Of a stretch of 49,585 bases of DNA, positions 8,472-21,048 are shown piece by piece. Under the pieces are notes generated by a model. That model did not search any database, was not told the DNA's origin, and saw only the letters and a list, made by a program, of their open reading frames with translations. Made by a program: the position numbers and the translations under genes. Origin of the DNA: Betaproteobacteria bacterium (GTDB lineage: Bacteria > Pseudomonadota > Gammaproteobacteria > Burkholderiales > SG8-39); NCBI GenBank assembly GCA_012274205.1, contig JAAOZY010000044.1:1-49585 (forward strand), in the 5' to 3' direction. The first letter of the stretch is position 1. The number at the start of each line of letters is the position of its first letter.

Positions 8472-11090
8472 TTATTTCAGCGTATTGGTCGGGTTGGAAA
8501 TGCCGATCGTGTAGTTCAGGTAATTGCTGCCGTTGCCGGCCACGCCTTTTTCGCAGGTGAAAGTCGAGGACATGTCGTCGAACGGGAAGGTGTAGCAGGT
8601 CGGGCAGGCGTTTTTCAACCAGGTGATGGTCGGCAGTACATACTGGACCCACGCCGGCCCTTTGGTCGTATAGTCGACCGCCGGTTTCGCAATGCTGGTC
8701 CAGTTCGTGCCCCCGCAAGCCATTACCGCGGGCTGGCCGGTGGGAGCCGGGTTCGTATACGGGCTGAAGCTGTTGTTGGCGCACAGCTGCAAGTCGCCCA
8801 CCGAAATGCTCGTCTGCGAATTGAACGCGGGGCTGATCGCATTCGATGTTGCAAAATCGAAGGGCGCGGCGTTGAGGAAACTGCTGTCCGTATTCTGATT
8901 CCAGCCCCAGATCTGGTTCGCGGTCGCCCAGGACACAAAGTTGCCGCAGACGCGCTTGCTCGCATCGAAGGTGAATTTGCCTTTCAGAACCTCGCTCTGA
9001 TTCCAGCCGCAAACATTTCCGCCGGCGCCGGCGCCGGTGCAGGTATCCTGCGCCGAGCAGCTCGTCACTGTCGTGGTGCTGGGGGCGACCACGGCGAAAT
9101 ACGATGCCGGACTGTCTGTGATCTTCTGATCGGACGGAAAACTCGACGCCGCGTCAGGCGCAAAATTCCATGTGCTGTTCGGAAGATAGCCTCCCGGAAA
9201 CGGATTCGAGCCGGCGACGCCGCAGGAATACGCCTCCTTGTCGGAAGGCGGCGACTTGCCTTCGCTGCTGGTCGGCCCAAACGCAAAGGCGTAATTCGCG
9301 CCGTTGATGATCGAAACGTCGTAATAGTCGACCGTATTGTGCTGATAGGTGACTTCGGCGAGGGTGTTCGCGGCGTAAGTGGGGCCAGTGCCCGGCGTGG
9401 CCGGAACGCCCGGGCAGGCAGCGCCGGGGCATTGCAGCGCGTAATAATTGCCCGACCATTGAATCTGCTGGCCGCCGGAGGTGATCCCCGACCAGTGCGG
9501 AATGAACTGGGTCGTCGAGGCCTTGGGCGCCAGGATGCCGGTTCCGTTGGCGAAGCCCGGGTTATCCCAGAAGCACATGAAAGGCGTTTTTCCCTTCGCC
9601 ACGCCGGCGCCGCCCTGGACGCAGGTCGAACCGATCGGGCATGCATTCTTCCCCAGCGACGTGGGGCCGCAGTAGGACTGCGCTCCGGCCTCGGTCCTGG
9701 CCGGATTGGTGGGATCGCCGCCCGAGGCCACCGATGCCGGCGAGGTATACGCGCTCGCCGTGCCGGCGTTAACGCCGACGATGACCGTGTCGGAGGCGTT
9801 GTTGGTGAAGGTGATCGTCCTGCCGTCGGTCGACGCGCTGTTATCCACCGACGCCAGCGTGACCTGGCTCTGGTAGGAAGGCGTGTAGCCCGATGGCGTC
9901 GGAGCCTTCGCCGCCACCGTCACGTCAAGCGCGACCTCGAGCCCGTTCCCCGCGGCCCCTTTCAACGGCAGCAGGCCGAAACCGCAGGACGTCGTCGAAG
10001 CCGCAAGCGAGGCGGAGCTGCTGTTATCGAGCGACAATTCGCATGTTGCGGAACTGGCGTTCTGTCTGCTGGCGTCGCTGTTCGATCCATCCGGATACGA
10101 ATAGAACGCCAGAGCGCCCGGGTCGGTGCTGGTAACGGTCACCGTGTAGGCCGACTGCAGCAGGGTGTCGTCGGTCAGGTACACGAACAGCGGCGCCTTC
10201 ATCCCGAGGTAGATCTGGCCGGACGAGTTCTGCGAAGCTACGTTGATGACGCCCGCGGACTGTTGCGCGGTGCCTTTCCAGGTGATCGTGACATTGTCCT
10301 GCGGGCCGAAAGGAGCATTGTTGCCCGCGACCCAGGCGCCGGTCGGACTGATGGTGTTCGTGAAGGATGTCTTCGAGGCTACCTTGGTCGCGTCTATGGT
10401 TCCGGCAATCGCGCAGCTCGGCGACAACGTTGTCAGGGCACACTGTCCGCCGCCTGACAGCGTGATTCCGGCGGCTTCGTCCATCAACACCCACAGCGGG
10501 TTGTCGGCCGGGATCTGCTGGCTCGTCGTTCCGGTTGCAGGATCCAGCTTGACCGTGATCGAAAATGGGTAGGGAACGTTGGCTCCCGAAAAAAACGTCC
10601 GGGTTTCCGCGGCGACCGAAATCGTACCGTAGGGACTTGCGCTGCCCGCTACGGTCACGTCGGAGCTCGCATCGGCGTAGCCCTCGGCGCGCGCAAGCAG
10701 ACTGAACGCCCCCGCCTTTTTGCCGGTGACCGTCACCGTGCAGCTTGACGCGCTGGAAGACAGGACGCAGCTCGAGGGGGAGACCTGGCCGACCGAGGTA
10801 TCGGAAACGCTCAGGTCGATGCGCGTTCTTGTCGCGCTGCCGCTCCCGGCCGACGCATCCGCAGCCAAGCTCACGCTGGCGAGCGTGACCGGCGCGACCT
10901 GGGTCCCGATTTGAAGCTGGCCGGCGCCATTCATGCTGACCACAACCGACTTTGCGCTGCCGGGCCTTACTTGCAGACTCTGCGTCGCGGTTTGAACCTG
11001 GCTGGCGCTATTCGAGTTTCCGCCTCCGCATCCGGCAATCGCAATCGTCGCCAGGCCCAGGACCAGCATTTTCAGTGTCGCGGTCGTCAT
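8472..11090 (-). CDS. Lipoprotein with N-terminal Ig-like repeats and C-terminal thaumatin (PR-5)-like domain
   Basis: Lipobox IAIAG-C; NTLAEVT...DYYDVSIING and LKNACPTCYTFPFDDMSSTFTC match thaumatin signatures. Confidence 0.8.
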   Translation of the reverse strand: MTTATLKMLVLGLATIAIAGCGGGNSNSASQVQTATQSLQVRPGSAKSVVVSMNGAGQLQIGTQVAPVTLASVSLAADASAGSGSATRTRIDLSVSDTSVGQVSPSSCVLSSSASSCTVTVTGKKAGAFSLLARAEGYADASSDVTVAGSASPYGTISVAAETRTFFSGANVPYPFSITVKLDPATGTTSQQIPADNPLWVLMDEAAGITLSGGGQCALTTLSPSCAIAGTIDATKVASKTSFTNTISPTGAWVAGNNAPFGPQDNVTITWKGTAQQSAGVINVASQNSSGQIYLGMKAPLFVYLTDDTLLQSAYTVTVTSTDPGALAFYSYPDGSNSDASRQNASSATCELSLDNSSSASLAASTTSCGFGLLPLKGAAGNGLEVALDVTVAAKAPTPSGYTPSYQSQVTLASVDNSASTDGRTITFTNNASDTVIVGVNAGTASAYTSPASVASGGDPTNPARTEAGAQSYCGPTSLGKNACPIGSTCVQGGAGVAKGKTPFMCFWDNPGFANGTGILAPKASTTQFIPHWSGITSGGQQIQWSGNYYALQCPGAACPGVPATPGTGPTYAANTLAEVTYQHNTVDYYDVSIINGANYAFAFGPTSSEGKSPPSDKEAYSCGVAGSNPFPGGYLPNSTWNFAPDAASSFPSDQKITDSPASYFAVVAPSTTTVTSCSAQDTCTGAGAGGNVCGWNQSEVLKGKFTFDASKRVCGNFVSWATANQIWGWNQNTDSSFLNAAPFDFATSNAISPAFNSQTSISVGDLQLCANNSFSPYTNPAPTGQPAVMACGGTNWTSIAKPAVDYTTKGPAWVQYVLPTITWLKNACPTCYTFPFDDMSSTFTCEKGVAGNGSNYLNYTIGISNPTNTLK

Positions 11091-11375
11091 CGTTTCCCCT
11101 TTTCAAAGGTGTGCGGTATTGAGCGCAATTCTGCGCCTGCATCATATGCAGAAGGCGACGGCCTTGCAATGTTCTTTCCGCGATCAGGCGATGGCGTCGA
11201 GGGTTCGCGTCAGCGGGATGCAATCCATGCCGCGAAACGGCTGCGGGGGCGTGTCGACCGGTCGCGGTCTGCATCAACAGCCGCCTGCTGCGCGTAGAAT
11301 TGCTCCGCCAGCATGCCGAATCCGGCGTGCGCGCCGGCCCAGGCCCGCGCAAGGCTCGATACCGGAGAAGGGCGC

Positions 11376-12143
11376 ATGAAAGCCAATCGCATGAAAGAGA
11401 AGCTGCGCGCGGGCGAGCCCGTATTCGGCGTCTCGGTGATGATTCCCTCGCCGCAGATCGTGGAGATGATAGGCGCGGCCGGCTTCGACTGGGTGCTGCT
11501 CGATTGCGAACACGGCACGCTCACGCTGGAGAGTGTGGAATTGATGGCGATGGCGGCGGAGGCCTGCGGCATCACCGCGATCGCGCGTCCGATGACGCGC
11601 AGCGCCGAGCACATCCTGCAGGTGCTCGATCGCGGCGTGATGGGCGTGCAGGTGCCGCACGTGAATACAGCGCAGGAGGCGCGCGAGGCGATCGCCGCGG
11701 TGAAATACCATCCGACCGGACGCCGCGGGCTCGCCGCCGGCACGCGCGCGGCGAATTACGATGCGCACGGCACGCTCGCCGATTACGTCCGGGCCGCCAA
11801 TGAGGCCACGCTGATCGCGATCCAGCTCGAAGACCGGGCGGCGATCGACAATATCGACGATCTGCTGCTGGTCGAGGGCATAGACGTGTTTTTCATCGGG
11901 CCGTCCGACCTGTCGCAGTCCATGGGCCATCCGGGCAATCCCAGGGCGCCCGCGGTGGCGCAGGCGATCGAGGCGAGCCTGCGCAAAATGGCGGCGGCTG
12001 GCCGCACGCCCGGCATGCCCGCAACCGCCGAGAACGTGCGCGAGGCCGTGGGCAAGGGCGTGCGCTACATCTACACCCACCTGCCGCGCCTGCTGGCGGG
12101 CAGCGCGAAGGCCTATCTGGCGCATGCGCGAGGGCAGGGCTGA
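11376..12143 (+). CDS. HpcH/HpaI class II aldolase family protein
   Basis: GFDWVLLDCEHG, LDRG, QLED, FIGPSDLS; GGAG RBS. Confidence 0.92.
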   Translation: MKANRMKEKLRAGEPVFGVSVMIPSPQIVEMIGAAGFDWVLLDCEHGTLTLESVELMAMAAEACGITAIARPMTRSAEHILQVLDRGVMGVQVPHVNTAQEAREAIAAVKYHPTGRRGLAAGTRAANYDAHGTLADYVRAANEATLIAIQLEDRAAIDNIDDLLLVEGIDVFFIGPSDLSQSMGHPGNPRAPAVAQAIEASLRKMAAAGRTPGMPATAENVREAVGKGVRYIYTHLPRLLAGSAKAYLAHARGQG

Positions 12144-12548
12144 GACGCTGCTACGCGAGCAGCCTGCCCGCTTCCGCATGCGATCCGGCGCGGGCCTGCG
12201 CCGGCCGGCCGGAAAAAGCACAAGACCTGCATGCCCGCAGCGCACGGCATAGGTACTTTCCCTTATGCGAAATGGCGCCTGTCAGACTCGATGAAATACT
12301 TTCTTACACAATTTTCGTTGAATCAACACGACTCAGACAGCATCATATAAATGCGCATTTGCAGAGGGGCGCAGGACGCGCCCGTTCAATTGCAGCAATG
12401 TCCGGCGCTGCTATTCAAGGCAACACGAGATTGATCGCATGACGCAAGAGGTACTGCACAAATTTTTCTCTGACTCGATCGCGTACCTGGGTCAGTTCCA
12501 GCCACCGGCGGCCAGCCCACGTTCTCCCTTTCTAAAGCTGGTTCGCCC

Positions 12549-12584
12549 GGAAGACTCCCGCTCCCTCCCTGGCGGGAGTCTTCC
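12549..12584. terminator. 13-bp hairpin
   Basis: GGAAGACTCCCGC / GCGGGAGTCTTCC with a C/T-rich loop; no clear U-tract. Confidence 0.4.
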
Positions 12585-12673
12585 ACCCCTATCCACTGAC
12601 GGCTCGACCGAGAATAGCCGGCAGTTGCCGGCCTCCTAGAGTCTCTTCACCGCACTTTATTTCCGGTAGCCCG

Positions 12674-13075
12674 ATGCCATTTTCTCCGCGCAAGGCAATT
12701 CCGCTATTGCTGCTGGCCGTTTTGAGCAACAGCGCGATGGCGGACTGGGTCAAGGTCGGCAGCAGCAGGACCGAGACCCTTTACGTAGACCCGTCCACCA
12801 TCCGTGCCACGGACAATGTGGCGAGAATGTGGGCTTTGAATGACTTCGTCGCGCTGCAACGAGTCGACAAGCGCCAGCCATTCAAGTCGGAAAAGATGGA
12901 ATATGAATACGACTGCAAGAGCGAAAAGTCGCGCCTGCTCTACTTCTCTTCCCACCCCGAGAGCATGGCGGAAGGCGCAGCACTCGACTTCAATGTTGCG
13001 CCTGGCGCGTGGACAGCCCATTTGCCCGGCAGCGGATTGGAAATCCTGTGGAAAATCGCCTGCGGGAAAGCATAA
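12674..13075 (+). CDS. Secreted surface-adhesin E-like protein
   Basis: Signal peptide (AMA-DW); YVDPSTIR, RMW, EYDC, C-terminal Cys. Confidence 0.7.
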   Translation: MPFSPRKAIPLLLLAVLSNSAMADWVKVGSSRTETLYVDPSTIRATDNVARMWALNDFVALQRVDKRQPFKSEKMEYEYDCKSEKSRLLYFSSHPESMAEGAALDFNVAPGAWTAHLPGSGLEILWKIACGKA

Positions 13076-13260
13076 GCCCCGCTTCGTGCTGAGGCTGCCG
13101 GGTTCGCGACACCCTGCCGCATACCTGCGCCCTTTCCTGGTTCCGTCAGGAGCGGAAGTCTTGCCTGACTGCGCCGCCTGTCGATGAAGGGCGACGCGAT
13201 GGCCACCGGCCGTTCAGGCATGATCCTGATTTTATGCACCACCAACCGGAGAGTCTTGTT

Positions 13261-13575
13261 ATGAAACAACTGAAACGAAGTGCTTCCGCCGCATTTCTTG
13301 CCCTCACGCTGGCAAGCATGGTGGGATGCGCGGCAACCGCCACCAGAGAAAGCACGGGTCAGTTTGTCGATGATGCCGCCATAACCACGAAGGTCAAGGC
13401 GGCGATATTGGACCAGCCAACGCTCAAATTATTCGATATCCATGTGGCCACATTCAATGGGACGGTCGAGCTCAGCGGCATCGTCGCGTCGCAGTCGACC
13501 ATCGACAAGGCGGTCGAAGTTGCGCGCAAGGTCAGCGGTGTGAAGGCGGTCAAGAACGGCATGCGAGTCATGTAG
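13261..13575 (+). CDS. BON-domain lipoprotein (OsmY-like)
   Basis: Lipobox MVG-C; VDDAAITTKVKA, VELSGIV, GVKAVKN. Confidence 0.9.
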   Translation: MKQLKRSASAAFLALTLASMVGCAATATRESTGQFVDDAAITTKVKAAILDQPTLKLFDIHVATFNGTVELSGIVASQSTIDKAVEVARKVSGVKAVKNGMRVM

Positions 13576-13607
13576 TACCCGAGCTCAGGCAGGCATGAGC
13601 ACGCGCT

Positions 13608-14162
13608 CTATTTGGCGAGCTGGTCGGCAGCTTTGATTCCCTGGCAGTCGGGGCCGAGATATTTCATTTGAGACTCGCTTTGGATCGTGTGGCGACCGCG
13701 AGCGTCGGTCACGGTCATATCCACGCGAGTAGTCACCGTGTCCCCCTCGGCGACGCTAGTGCCACTGCCGACGTTGGTCGCGCCATTGGCCGTGCAGTTG
13801 AACTCAAACTGGATTGAGTTGCCGCTGTGCACGAGCTTGGCCGGCTCGCAGCGACCTTGGGGATCTACCATCGGCCGATTGCGTGCCGCCATGGCCGGGC
13901 TGATGCAGATGCGCGTGCTGCCGCCCGAGCCCACACCTTGACTACCCATCCTGGACTCGATTTGCTTGCGCTGAGCCGGGGACATGTTGGCCAATGCCTG
14001 CTGCATCTGGCCCCGGAGTGCCGCCATCTGCGCAGCCGTGTCCTGGCCGTCCAGAACCTGCCGGATCTGTTTCATTTCCCACAAGCCGGGCTTGAGCTGG
14101 TGGTTTTCCGCGAATGCGCTGCCGCTCAACATAAGGAGCATCACGAGGGCGAGTTTCTTCAT
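13608..14162 (-). CDS. DUF3617 family secreted protein
   Basis: Signal peptide; LKPGLWEM, conserved Cys, KYLGPDC. Confidence 0.8.
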   Translation of the reverse strand: MKKLALVMLLMLSGSAFAENHQLKPGLWEMKQIRQVLDGQDTAAQMAALRGQMQQALANMSPAQRKQIESRMGSQGVGSGGSTRICISPAMAARNRPMVDPQGRCEPAKLVHSGNSIQFEFNCTANGATNVGSGTSVAEGDTVTTRVDMTVTDARGRHTIQSESQMKYLGPDCQGIKAADQLAK

Positions 14163-14254
14163 GGCCTGCTTCCGTTTTATTCTCGAACTGCACATTAGCA
14201 GCTTCGCCGGGCAGGGACAAATCCATTCCATGAAACGGCTACGCGCGTATCGGC

Positions 14255-14590
14255 TCAACTGAATTTCAGCGAGTCCAGCGCTTTTGCGAACCGCGGCAGG
14301 CGCGCCAGAGCATCACGAAGGCGCTTGATCCCGCTGCTCCGGCGGATCGCACGGGAACTTGCGCCGAGCAGCCGGATGGCGCCGGCGGGGTTGCCTTCGA
14401 CCAGCGCCAGGCCGCCGCGCTCGATGCGCTTGCGTTCGCCCGCGGCGAGCAGGTAGTCCTCGGGCTCGCCTTCGAGCGTGAGCCACACCACGCCTTCGGT
14501 ACATTCGAGCTCGACATTGCGCGCGCCGCGCAGAGCGAGCGGCGTGCCCGCGGCAAGCTGGATGACCCCGTTTCCCAATGACATGCGCAT
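14255..14590 (-). CDS. DUF2917 protein
   Basis: LECTEGVVWLTLEGEPEDYLLAAGE; divergent from a MocR regulator, the usual context. Confidence 0.85.
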   Translation of the reverse strand: MRMSLGNGVIQLAAGTPLALRGARNVELECTEGVVWLTLEGEPEDYLLAAGERKRIERGGLALVEGNPAGAIRLLGASSRAIRRSSGIKRLRDALARLPRFAKALDSLKFS

Positions 14591-14649
14591 GCTGGAATTC
14601 CCCTGGCATCGAATGAGAATGCAGTGCCAGTCTAGGGATCCGGCCGCTT

Positions 14650-14740
14650 GCAGTACAGATACAGAAAAACAGAATTGTCACCGATACAATTGCAGTTCGG
14701 ATAAACTGTGCTGCTCGAGTTTGCGGCCAACTGTGCCTGT
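14650..14740. promoter_or_regulatory. Probable MocR operator region of the divergent promoter
   Basis: ACAG repeats and direct repeat AACTGTGC at 14704 and 14729. Confidence 0.45.
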
Positions 14741-14800
14741 CGGCCAGCGCGCGATCAGGTGAAAATCCGCGTCAGACTGCGGGCGTAGGGAAGGACGCGC

Positions 14801-16249
14801 ATGGACCAGCGGGCACTGCGTTACGAACAACTGGCGGACGAACTCGCGGGCATGATCGCGGCGCGCGTGCTGCGCCCCGGGGAGCGCCTGCCCTCGGTGC
14901 GCCGCCTGGCGAGCGAAAAGAAACTGTCCGTCTCCACCGTGCTGCAGGCGCTGCGCCAGCTGGAGGAGCGCGGCCAGGTCGAAGCGCGGCCGCAGTCGGG
15001 CTTCTTTGTGCGGCCGACCGTCCCGCACCAGCGCGCGCAACTCGAAGCGCACACGCCCCAGCGCGCGGCGCGCCCGGTGGCGGTCGACATCAACGGCCGG
15101 CTGATGCGCGTGCTGGCGCTGAACAATCGCAGCGACATGGTGCCGCTGGGCGCGGCGTTGCCCTCGGCCGAACTGCTGCCGCTGGCGCAGCTGCAGCGCC
15201 TTTACGGCCAGGTCGGGCGGCGCTCGGCGCCGCTGCTCGAGGGCAACAGCCACACTGCAATGAATCAGCCGGACCTGGTGCGCCAATTCGCGCGCCATTC
15301 GCTCGGCTGGGGCCGGCCCCTGGAGCCGGAGGAGATCGTGATCACCAACTCCTGCACCGAGGCCATGGCGCTGTGCCTGCGCGCGGTGACGCAGCCGGGG
15401 GATACCGTGGCGGTCGAATCGCCGTCCTACTATCTGATGCTGCAATTGCTGGAACAGCTGGGTCTCAAGGCGCTGGAGATTCCGACCCATCCGCGCCACG
15501 GCATATCGGTGGATGCGCTCGACATCGCGACGCGCGAGCGGCGCATCGCCGCCTGCCTGCTGGTGAGCAATTTCAACAATCCGCTGGGCAGCCTCATGCC
15601 CGACGAGGAAAAGAAGCGCCTGGCGAAGCTGATGGCGGGGCGCGCGATACCGGTGATCGAGGACGACATCTACGGCGATCTGCATTTCGGCCCGGATCGG
15701 CCCTGGCCGCTGAAGTCCTTCGACCGCGCCGGCAACGTGATGCTGTGCTCGTCGCTGTCGAAAACACTGAGCCCCTCGCTGCGCCTGGGCTACGTCGCCG
15801 CGGGGCGCTTCCATGCGCAGGTTCTGATGCAAAAGACGATGACCTCGGGCGCCACCAACCCGGTGACGCAGCTGGTGGCGGCGCGCTTTCTGGAATCGAC
15901 GGCCTACCCGCGCCACCTGCTGCGCCTGCGCCGCGCCTACGAGCGGCAGGTAATGCAGATGTCGGAGGCGGTGCTGCGCCATTTTCCGCCGGGGACGCGG
16001 CTGTCGCAGCCGCAGGGCGGCGTCGTGCTCTGGGTCGAGCTTGCGCCGGGGACCGACGCCGAAGCGCTGTTCGAGCTCGCGCTGGGTGCCGGGATCGCCT
16101 TTGTTCCCGGCGATCTGTTCTCCGCCGGCGGCCAATACCGCAATTGCCTGCGCCTGAACTGCGGCCATCCCTGGTCGGAGCGTTTCGAGCAGGCGGTGAA
16201 ACGCCTGGGTGCGCTGGCGCTGACGCTGGCAAAGGCGGCCCGGTCCTGA
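14801..16249 (+). CDS. GntR/MocR family PLP-dependent transcriptional regulator
   Basis: PGERLPSVR wHTH plus aminotransferase-like domain (NNPLG, IEDDIY, SLSKTLSPSLRLG). Confidence 0.95.
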   Translation: MDQRALRYEQLADELAGMIAARVLRPGERLPSVRRLASEKKLSVSTVLQALRQLEERGQVEARPQSGFFVRPTVPHQRAQLEAHTPQRAARPVAVDINGRLMRVLALNNRSDMVPLGAALPSAELLPLAQLQRLYGQVGRRSAPLLEGNSHTAMNQPDLVRQFARHSLGWGRPLEPEEIVITNSCTEAMALCLRAVTQPGDTVAVESPSYYLMLQLLEQLGLKALEIPTHPRHGISVDALDIATRERRIAACLLVSNFNNPLGSLMPDEEKKRLAKLMAGRAIPVIEDDIYGDLHFGPDRPWPLKSFDRAGNVMLCSSLSKTLSPSLRLGYVAAGRFHAQVLMQKTMTSGATNPVTQLVAARFLESTAYPRHLLRLRRAYERQVMQMSEAVLRHFPPGTRLSQPQGGVVLWVELAPGTDAEALFELALGAGIAFVPGDLFSAGGQYRNCLRLNCGHPWSERFEQAVKRLGALALTLAKAARS

Positions 16250-16265
16250 GCCGGGGCCGCCAGGT

Positions 16266-17417
16266 TCAGCTGCCGATGAGTTTGCGCAGGACCGCGAGGC
16301 GCGCGCCCAGCTGCACCGCGGGGGCGAACAGGGCGAGGCTGCGCGCGCGGCCCTGCTCGCCCAGACGCGCCAGCGCCTGCGGATCGGCGCGATAGCGCAG
16401 CACGCGCTCGACGATCGCATCCGCGTCGGGCGCGACGATGCAGATCTCGCTGCCGTCGGCGTAGTAGATGTTCTGGCGCATGGTGTCGGAGCAGATCAGG
16501 CCCACGCCCGAGAGCGAGGCCTCCATGCAGGCCGCGGTGGGAAAGCCGTCGGTCTTGCCGCCGCCGAGCAGGTGCGCGATATTGGGCGAGATGACGAGGT
16601 CCATGCCGGCGTAGAACGCGGGGAATGCCGGCGTCTGCTTGATGCCGTGGAAGCGGATCGAGCCGGCTATGGCGGACACGTCGATGTCCTCCGGGCCGTA
16701 GTTTCCGACCACGTGTAAGCGCGCTTCCGGAATCTCTTGCGCCAACAGGTGCGCCGCCGCGATAAAGCTGTCGTAGCCCTTGTCCCGGCCCAGCGGCATG
16801 TACTTGTAGGCGACGAAGCACAGGTCGAGCGTCGGTTTGTCCACGCCATAGCGCTGCCGCTTCGGCGTGGCGCCGAAATACTCCCCCGGGATCACCGCGC
16901 CGTAGATCAGCTCGACGCGCTCCGCGTCGTAGTGGCCCTTCGCCTTGAGATACTCCAGCGTCGCCACCTGGGTCACGATGACTTTGCGCAGATTCGGGTA
17001 GGCGAACAGCTGCGCCAGCCGCGCATCGCTGGCGGCATCGTCGATGCCGAAGTCCCCGCCCGGATACAGGGTCAGCGCGAGCGGCAGGCCCTGCCGCGCG
17101 ATGTACGGAAGGAATGCGATGGCGGAGTTGAGAAACACGCAGTAGGCGAGCTTGCTCGCCGGCAGCGGCACATCGGGCGCGAAAGGGCGCACCCGCGGCG
17201 CGAGTTCCGGGTGATGCGCGGCGAACAGGACATGGTGCTGCGCGAACCCGGGCAGGGTGCTCAGCACCACCGAATCCGGCAACTGCGTCAGGTAGTGTTT
17301 GAATTCGGCGTAGCGGTACGCCGACAGCGGGCTGGGAAAAGCCTGGTCCAGCACCAGCAGCGGCAAAGGTCGCGGGCGTACGAGGATTTGCTTCAGTAGC
17401 CCGCTGAGAATCGCCAT
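16266..17417 (-). CDS. Glycosyltransferase, GT-B/GT4-like
   Basis: DKGYD, DGFPTAACMEA donor-binding motif variant. Confidence 0.75.
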   Translation of the reverse strand: MAILSGLLKQILVRPRPLPLLVLDQAFPSPLSAYRYAEFKHYLTQLPDSVVLSTLPGFAQHHVLFAAHHPELAPRVRPFAPDVPLPASKLAYCVFLNSAIAFLPYIARQGLPLALTLYPGGDFGIDDAASDARLAQLFAYPNLRKVIVTQVATLEYLKAKGHYDAERVELIYGAVIPGEYFGATPKRQRYGVDKPTLDLCFVAYKYMPLGRDKGYDSFIAAAHLLAQEIPEARLHVVGNYGPEDIDVSAIAGSIRFHGIKQTPAFPAFYAGMDLVISPNIAHLLGGGKTDGFPTAACMEASLSGVGLICSDTMRQNIYYADGSEICIVAPDADAIVERVLRYRADPQALARLGEQGRARSLALFAPAVQLGARLAVLRKLIGS

Positions 17418-17466
17418 GGCAGCCGATTATTCGGCCGCCATGGCGCGGTGTCAATCGCGACCGGAG

Positions 17467-17913
17467 TTACTTGATCGCGAGCTTCTTCGTCTCTGCGCCG
17501 GCCTTTTTTGGCAGCGTCAGCTTGAGCACGCCGTCAGCGTACTCGGCTTCCGACTTCGCCTCGTCGATGTCGTGGGCGAGGGTGAAGCTGCGGAACTGCT
17601 TGCCGTAGTAGCGTTCGCTGCGCACCAGCTTCTTGCCTTCCTTCTCTTCTTTCTCATGCTTGACTTCGGCGCTGATGGACACCTGCTTGCCCTCGATCGA
17701 CACCTGGATGTCTTCTTTCTTCACGCCAGGGACGTCCGCCTTGACCGTGTAAGCCTTGTCGGCTTCCGCTATCTCGAGTTTGATCTCGGGCTCGGCTTCC
17801 AGGCCGTGGAACACGGGCCGCAGCATGAAGCCCTTGAAATAATCGTTCATGTCGAGGAAGGGATCGAAACGCGCCATTTCGCCGAATGGATCCCAACGAG
17901 TCAGGTTTGCCAT
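17467..17913 (-). CDS. Hsp20/alpha-crystallin small heat-shock protein
   Basis: AAGGAG RBS; DVPGVKKEDI, ERYYGK..RSFTL, GVLKLTLPK. Confidence 0.95.
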   Translation of the reverse strand: MANLTRWDPFGEMARFDPFLDMNDYFKGFMLRPVFHGLEAEPEIKLEIAEADKAYTVKADVPGVKKEDIQVSIEGKQVSISAEVKHEKEEKEGKKLVRSERYYGKQFRSFTLAHDIDEAKSEAEYADGVLKLTLPKKAGAETKKLAIK

Positions 17914-18092
17914 ATCGATGCTCCTTTCATGTTGACAAGCGTGGGTCGCGCTCACTCCCACATTGCCCGATTCCGGCAGCCTTGCGCGCGATTGCCTGCC
18001 GCCGCCCGGCCGGAGCCGAACTTCGGGTCGGTGCAATCAGGCTACCCGTTCCCCAATGTCCCATCGTGACGATCGTCAATATTGCGGCTGCG

Positions 18093-20516
<2,424 letters not shown>

Positions 20517-20527
20517 AGTGTTTTCCT

Positions 20528-20932
20528 TTAGCTTGCGCGGCGCAGTTCCAGCACCAGACAGCCTTGCTCGAGGCGCTGGTCGACCGGTTCGAATTCGCCC
20601 GCGGGCAGCGGGATGCGGCGTTCGAAGCGCCCATACGGGATTTCCAGGCGATGGATCGCGGCGCGCCTGGAGTTCGTCGGCAGGGAGCGCTCGCCGCGCA
20701 CGACGATCAGCCCCGGCGCAAGCACGACTTCGACCTGCTGCGCCTTGACGCCGGGCAGGGCGACCAGCAGGCGCAGCCCGTCGCCGTTCTCGAACAGGTC
20801 CACCGGCGGCTCCCAGCACGGCGTGCCCTCGAGCACGCCGATGCGAAAAAACTGCCGCTGCAGGCGCTCTGCATCCTGCAGCATCTGCAGCGCCTCCGCC
20901 CACATCCACGTTCCCGGATCGCGCGATCGCAT
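20528..20932 (-). CDS. Hsp20-family protein upstream of lon
   Basis: WEPPVDLFE, ALPGV, LEIPYGRFERRI, GCLVLEL. Confidence 0.88.
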   Translation of the reverse strand: MRSRDPGTWMWAEALQMLQDAERLQRQFFRIGVLEGTPCWEPPVDLFENGDGLRLLVALPGVKAQQVEVVLAPGLIVVRGERSLPTNSRRAAIHRLEIPYGRFERRIPLPAGEFEPVDQRLEQGCLVLELRRAS

Positions 20933-21004
20933 GTATGAATTCCCTCGGTGTTAAGGACAGCATGGACCGGCCCCGGCCAGTCCGCTTGATCCCCGTCACA
21001 CCTG

Positions 21005-21033
21005 ATATGCGGGCGGGCAGCGCACAATGCAAG
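21005..21033 (-). promoter_or_regulatory. Possible sigma32 (RpoH) promoter of hsp20-lon
   Basis: Minus strand CTTGCA-N15-CCGCATAT versus consensus CTTGAA-N13-17-CCCCAT. Confidence 0.5.
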
Positions 21034-21048
21034 CGCCGGGCAGGGGCG

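Noticed and set aside
20517..21032. 979-aa Lon with long N-terminal extension, apparent fusion
   Set aside because: The extension overlaps the Hsp20 gene in another frame; an RBS supports the 20516 start.
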